10,032 nucleotides of DNA from a bacterium (GTDB taxonomy: Bacteria > Zhuqueibacterota > Zhuqueibacteria > Oceanimicrobiales > Oceanimicrobiaceae): assembly GCA_046757165.1 (NCBI GenBank), contig JBHHXT010000183.1, forward strand, positions 1 to 10,032, in the 5' to 3' direction. Every line of letters starts with the position of its first letter. The stretch's first letter is position 1. The notes below the pieces were generated by a model. That model made no database searches, had not been told where the DNA came from, and worked only from the letters and a program-made list of their open reading frames with translations. Positions 6,031-10,032 of the stretch are shown here, in pieces. The translations under genes were made by a program, and so were the position numbers.

Positions 6031-9000
6031 CTATTTTTGCAGCAAAATCTTGCGGGCAAACGAGTGTCCGCCTGCCACCAGCCGCACAAAGTAAACGCCG
6101 GAGCTGATTTCAACACGGTGGTCATCCCGGCCGGCCCAGCGCACTTTTTTGAATCCTGCCGGTTGGAATTCGTCCACAAGAATGCGAACCACCTGGCCCA
6201 CGAGGTTGTAGATGAGCAGCCTGACTCTGGTTTCTTCAGCAAGCGCATATTCGATGGTGGTCTCCGCATTGAAAGGATTTGGGTACGCAGAGCTGAGGGA
6301 GAACCGGTCCGGAAGGCTGGAAGCAGACGGTGAGTCAGGAGCCGTTGTCACAAGCGTGTCCAATTCGACGACGAGCTGCGCCGGGAAGTTGCCCTCCTTG
6401 GCAACAAATTCGAGGGTGTCTGCCGAGGCGCTGACCACCGCAAGGGAAAGGATATCCCCCCCGGTGACGACTGCTGTGACGTCCAGGGTAGCGATCTCGC
6501 CATCGCTCAAAGCGGCAAATGAGGCTGCCGGCTCGCCGTCGACCGGAGGGGCGTTTGTCCAGACGATCTCGTTTTCCGACCAATCGTTCGCAACGGTGTG
6601 AATCGCGCCACCGTTCAGGCTGCCTTGGACAACGCACAGTCTGAGGACGGCCTTTTTGACAGGTCGTTGCAAGCCGGACAAATCGAACTTCAAGAAGGTT
6701 ATGATGTCGTGCCCGGACGGTGACGCTGCCTGCAGCGTTTGTCCATCGCCGTGGGGCGTCTCTTGCTCACCCGAATGGATGTAGGCGTCCTCGGCAGCGA
6801 AGAATTTCGTTCCTGCTGTGTCAGAAAGAACGGCAAACGTGGAATCACTCACCACCGAGTCTCTGGCCGTAATGACCGCAATCGGACCGCTTTCGGCGCC
6901 AAACGGCACTTTCGTCCGAATTTCCCCGGAAGATTCAAGGGTTGGAATCAGGGCCACCCTGCTACCAAACCGCACACGCCTCAGGTCATCGAAGTTCTTG
7001 CCTTTGATGGTGACCGTAGTGCCGGCGACCCCTTCGGTGGGCGTGAACGAAGCAATGGCGGCCGGTTCAGTCACGACAAACTCCGCGGGACTCTGCACGC
7101 TGCCCCCCGGCGTCACGACCCCGATCTTGCCGCTTTTTGCGCTCTCCGGCACGACCGCTCTGATTTCAGTTTCCGAGACCACCGAGAAGGCTGCTTGCGT
7201 GCCAGCAAATGTCACCTCCGTGGCTCCGCCGAGATGGCGCCCGAGGATGGCAATCTCCGCACCGACTTCACCGCTGTCCGGTCTGAATGAGTCGATGACC
7301 GGCGTTGGCAGGACGATCGGCTGAAAATGCGCGGTCAGGGTCTCGTCATCCCGCAGGTTCAGCTCGATGGTGCTGTTGTCCGAGGAAGCCGCGCCGCTCC
7401 AGTGCGAAAACTCGAATCCCGCCGCAGGAATCGCCTCGATTTCTACCGGCAGCCTCTTGAAGTATTTGCCGGTCCACGGCAAATCCGCATGCGCCAACGT
7501 ATTGACGCGAATCTGGCCGCTGCCCGGCGGGCTTGACTGCACGGTCAGTTCAAAGATGTTTTGCAGCCGGAAAAACGACTTGATTTGATTCCACTGAATG
7601 TCATCCCGTCTGGAGATGAAGTCCCGTACCTGCGCCAATCCAGCGAGCCAGTGCGAGCGCGGCGCTTGCCACCGGTCGAGCTCCAGCGGGATGTCCGGCT
7701 CGATCTCGCTCAGCAGTTGCTCGAACACCTGGCGGATATGGTCCGGTTGCAGGGTTGTGTTGAGCAAATCCGCAAACCGGCTGGCGAACCTTGCGTTGAA
7801 AGCCTCGTTTTCTACCAGCTTGCGCATGAAAATGGTCGCGAACAGTTGCCGTTCGGAGTCTCCGCGGGAGATGTCCGTGCGGACGGTGTCGCGTGTTGCC
7901 CAGACCAGGGACTTTATTTTGGGTTTGCGATAGGTACTTTCTGCGTCCCACAGAATCCAGCGCCACTTGCCGGTCAAACTTCGCTCGCGGTAAAAAAAGT
8001 TGTTGTTGTGCGGCCAGTCTTTGTGGCCGAGATAAATCTGTAAGATATTGTAGTCGATGAAATTATTCAGTTCCATGAGCTCCTGGACGTGCTCGAATTC
8101 ACTTTTTCGCTCGATATCATTGTCTTTGAAAAAGCGGTGCAGCTCTCGCCACGCCTGCAAGTCACCCGCTTTCACCGACGGCGTCTCGTTGAACGCCCAC
8201 TCGAGCAGGTCGGCATCTTCGACCCCATAATTTTGCGTGAGATAGTCGTCATGGATGCGCTCCCGCAGCATGTAGATGCCCCAGAGCTCGCCATTGATGT
8301 ACAAAACCACGGGCTTGTGAGCGGAAACGACGCCGCCGAACTCGGCCCACAACGTGTGATTGAGCGGGTCCCGCAGCAACGTCCATTCCTCACTGCCAAA
8401 GGTCTGATCAAAGGATCCGCCCGCATGCACGACCAACTGGTCGAACTCATCGATGTCCTTCTGCTCGAACACCTGATGGCGCAACTTACTGTCGCCGTAG
8501 TCGCTGCGAAAGTAGAGGCGCATGGATTTCTTGGGATAGGAGCGTGAATGCGCGCCATGAATCCGCACCCCCGCGTTGATTTGAAATCCGGAGCCATCGT
8601 GTTCCACCAGGTTGACGGACACCGGCCGTTCCCACTTTCGGCCCTTTTTTTCGGGATGCATGAAAATGCCCTGTCCCCCGTGCAGATTTTTTTCATCTGT
8701 GGCCATGGAGAGGACGGGTAGATGCCCCGCATAGTCAATACCGTAGAACTGACTGATGTCTTCACTCACAGGCGTATCATCGTCGAATGCGCGTGCTCGT
8801 ATGACTGTGGTGGTGGAAAGGAGAATCGGCTCGCTGTACCTGTCGCTTTCCACGGTCACCGCCGAGCCGTCCGTGGTGTAACGAAGGGTCACGTTGCCCA
8901 GGCTACTCGCAAGCTCGACTGCCACCTCACCCGCAAAGAAGCCACTGGCCAGGGAAAAACTGAGCGCGTCGCTCCCGGGGGTTTTGCGGCGGTTGGTCCC

Positions 9001-9930
9001 GCCCGGCGTCGGCTCGGCCGTTTTCTCGAACGTGCCGTCGCCGTCCGGGATGCGCGCCAGCGAGATGTCCTGCTGCTGCGCGCCAAATTTGTGGCTGTCG
9101 ACAAGCTGGCCGCCGGGGGTGAAGAGATCCACAACCTCGCCCAAAGCGCTGAGCTTGAAATTCGTATGCAGCTCACTGCCGGTGCGGTCTTTTCCGGAAG
9201 CCCAGACCAACAGATACGCTTCGGGGTGAAGCGTGACTTCAGGGAGCGTCCACCGGGCTGGTTGGTCCCTGTCGTCGGTGAGCGTGAATCCGGCTAAGTG
9301 TACGGCCTGATTGCTCCGGTTGTAAAGCTCGATCCAGTCAGAAGAGTCGCCATCTTCGTCGAAATTGATCTCGCTATTCGAGGCCAGAAGCTCGTTGATG
9401 ACAATGTCTGTCGCGCCCGGACCTGGCGCGGTAATCACGTTCGCCGCCGCTGGGGTGGGCGTGGTCGTGAATTGAAACACGCCGGCGCCATCCGGTGAAC
9501 GCGCCATCGAGATGTCGTCGGTCTGGGCGCCAAACAGCATCGTATCGACTGCGGCGCCCTGAGCATCGTACAACCCAATGAATTCGCCGCTCTTGCCAAG
9601 CTTGAAATTGGTGTGCAGCTCATCGCCTTTGCGGTCTTTTCCGGAGGCCCAGATCAGCACGTAGGTGCTCGCCTCGAGGGCAAGGTCAGGAAACTGCCAC
9701 AATGCCCGTTCCGTCGATTTGTCTGTGAGCGAAAACCCTTCCAGGTTGACCCTCGCCTCACCGTTGTTGTGAAGTTCTATCCAGTCCGAGGCGTCCCCGT
9801 CCTGATCGAAATTGGTGCTCCCGTTTCCGGCAAGAAACTCGTTGATAACGAGGGTCTGAGTCCAGGCTGGCTCCCCGAGTCCACTGAGCAAAGAAAGGAG
9901 GAGGAAGAGGCAAGAACGCGGATAGAACAA
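6031..9930 (-). CDS. Secreted CotH-family kinase with 2x lamin-tail, FN3-associated, InlB-B-like, 2x IPT/TIG, DNRLRE/CBM96-like and FlgD-Ig/T9SS type-A-like C-terminal domains
   Basis: 1299-aa ORF with a TTG start and GGAG 6 nt upstream. Motifs: hydrophobic signal peptide; two VINE..N...D.DGD.SDWIEL.N lamin-tail repeats (aa ~26-165, ~175-313); RYTTDGS...YSEPI (aa ~324-398); CotH GVRIHGAHSRSYPKKS, LYINGELWGIY..RER, DWPHNN, WRWILWDAE; PVIDSFRP/IASFTP...GTTVTIKG IPT/TIG pair; EDAYI...FLKFDLSGL...WSENEIVWTNAP DNRLRE; C-terminal YPNPFNAETTIEY...IYNLVGQVVR.LV...W.GRD...SSGVYFVRL. Confidence 0.95.
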   Translation of the reverse strand: MFYPRSCLFLLLSLLSGLGEPAWTQTLVINEFLAGNGSTNFDQDGDASDWIELHNNGEARVNLEGFSLTDKSTERALWQFPDLALEASTYVLIWASGKDRKGDELHTNFKLGKSGEFIGLYDAQGAAVDTMLFGAQTDDISMARSPDGAGVFQFTTTPTPAAANVITAPGPGATDIVINELLASNSEINFDEDGDSSDWIELYNRSNQAVHLAGFTLTDDRDQPARWTLPEVTLHPEAYLLVWASGKDRTGSELHTNFKLSALGEVVDLFTPGGQLVDSHKFGAQQQDISLARIPDGDGTFEKTAEPTPGGTNRRKTPGSDALSFSLASGFFAGEVAVELASSLGNVTLRYTTDGSAVTVESDRYSEPILLSTTTVIRARAFDDDTPVSEDISQFYGIDYAGHLPVLSMATDEKNLHGGQGIFMHPEKKGRKWERPVSVNLVEHDGSGFQINAGVRIHGAHSRSYPKKSMRLYFRSDYGDSKLRHQVFEQKDIDEFDQLVVHAGGSFDQTFGSEEWTLLRDPLNHTLWAEFGGVVSAHKPVVLYINGELWGIYMLRERIHDDYLTQNYGVEDADLLEWAFNETPSVKAGDLQAWRELHRFFKDNDIERKSEFEHVQELMELNNFIDYNILQIYLGHKDWPHNNNFFYRERSLTGKWRWILWDAESTYRKPKIKSLVWATRDTVRTDISRGDSERQLFATIFMRKLVENEAFNARFASRFADLLNTTLQPDHIRQVFEQLLSEIEPDIPLELDRWQAPRSHWLAGLAQVRDFISRRDDIQWNQIKSFFRLQNIFELTVQSSPPGSGQIRVNTLAHADLPWTGKYFKRLPVEIEAIPAAGFEFSHWSGAASSDNSTIELNLRDDETLTAHFQPIVLPTPVIDSFRPDSGEVGAEIAILGRHLGGATEVTFAGTQAAFSVVSETEIRAVVPESAKSGKIGVVTPGGSVQSPAEFVVTEPAAIASFTPTEGVAGTTVTIKGKNFDDLRRVRFGSRVALIPTLESSGEIRTKVPFGAESGPIAVITARDSVVSDSTFAVLSDTAGTKFFAAEDAYIHSGEQETPHGDGQTLQAASPSGHDIITFLKFDLSGLQRPVKKAVLRLCVVQGSLNGGAIHTVANDWSENEIVWTNAPPVDGEPAASFAALSDGEIATLDVTAVVTGGDILSLAVVSASADTLEFVAKEGNFPAQLVVELDTLVTTAPDSPSASSLPDRFSLSSAYPNPFNAETTIEYALAEETRVRLLIYNLVGQVVRILVDEFQPAGFKKVRWAGRDDHRVEISSGVYFVRLVAGGHSFARKILLQK

Positions 9931-9936
9931 TGTTTA

Positions 9937-9940
9937 CTCC
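9937..9940 (-). promoter_or_regulatory. Shine-Dalgarno-like GGAG of the CotH gene
   Basis: The minus strand reads GGAG-TAAACA-TTG. Confidence 0.6.
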
Positions 9941-9968
9941 ACTATAGGCTTTGCGAGCGATTCACCAT

Positions 9969-10002
9969 AAATATAAAGGCTAAGGGCCTCATCTGCGAAA
10001 AT
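9969..10002 (-). promoter_or_regulatory. Candidate promoter motif ATTTTCGC-N19-TATATTT upstream of the CotH gene
   Basis: On the minus strand, ATTTTCGC (9995-10002) is followed by 19 nt and TATATT (9970-9975), about 40 nt before the start codon. Confidence 0.5.
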
Positions 10003-10032
10003 GCGGGGCTTGCTATTTATTGATGAAACTGC

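Noticed and set aside
6031..9930. Sporulation gene cotH as gene symbol
   Set aside because: It belongs to the CotH kinase family, but the signal peptide and T9SS-like tail indicate a secreted protein of a diderm bacterium, not a spore-coat orthologue.
5925..10023. Short ORFs overlapping the CotH gene (e.g. 5925-6269 -, 8172-8765 -, 8722-9297 +)
   Set aside because: They are alternative-frame or antisense shadows of the 1299-aa CDS.

Overview
The window holds two large, co-oriented, minus-strand genes for secreted multidomain proteins, separated by an AT-richer intergenic region of about 870 bp. (1) 6031..9930 (1299 aa): signal peptide, 2x lamin-tail domain, FN3-associated/chitobiase-like domain, CotH kinase, InlB B-repeat-like domain, 2x IPT/TIG, DNRLRE/CBM96-like domain and a FlgD-Ig/T9SS type-A-like C-terminal sorting domain. 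(2) A gene missing from the supplied ORF track because it has no stop codon in the window. Hand translation gives an uninterrupted frame from about 5158 to the left edge (>=1719 codons). It encodes a signal peptide, a GSDH/PQQ-sugar-dehydrogenase-type beta-propeller, PKD, a His-cluster Ig-like domain, a discoidin-like domain, three DNRLRE/CBM96-like domains, two InlB-B-like repeats and two tandem cupredoxin domains with complete type-1 copper ligand sets. The most interesting candidate is this dehydrogenase/blue-copper/carbohydrate-binding fusion, which could be a self-contained extracellular electron-transfer enzyme. The first 55 nt of the window exactly repeat 1576-1630, hinting that the copper module repeats beyond the edge. 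Both genes share an upstream ATTTTCGC-N19-TATAYTT motif, and the intergenic region carries three different REP-like elements. The architecture suggests an FCB-group bacterium such as KSB1 or Calditrichota (inference). All domain calls come from motif recognition, not HMM searches.
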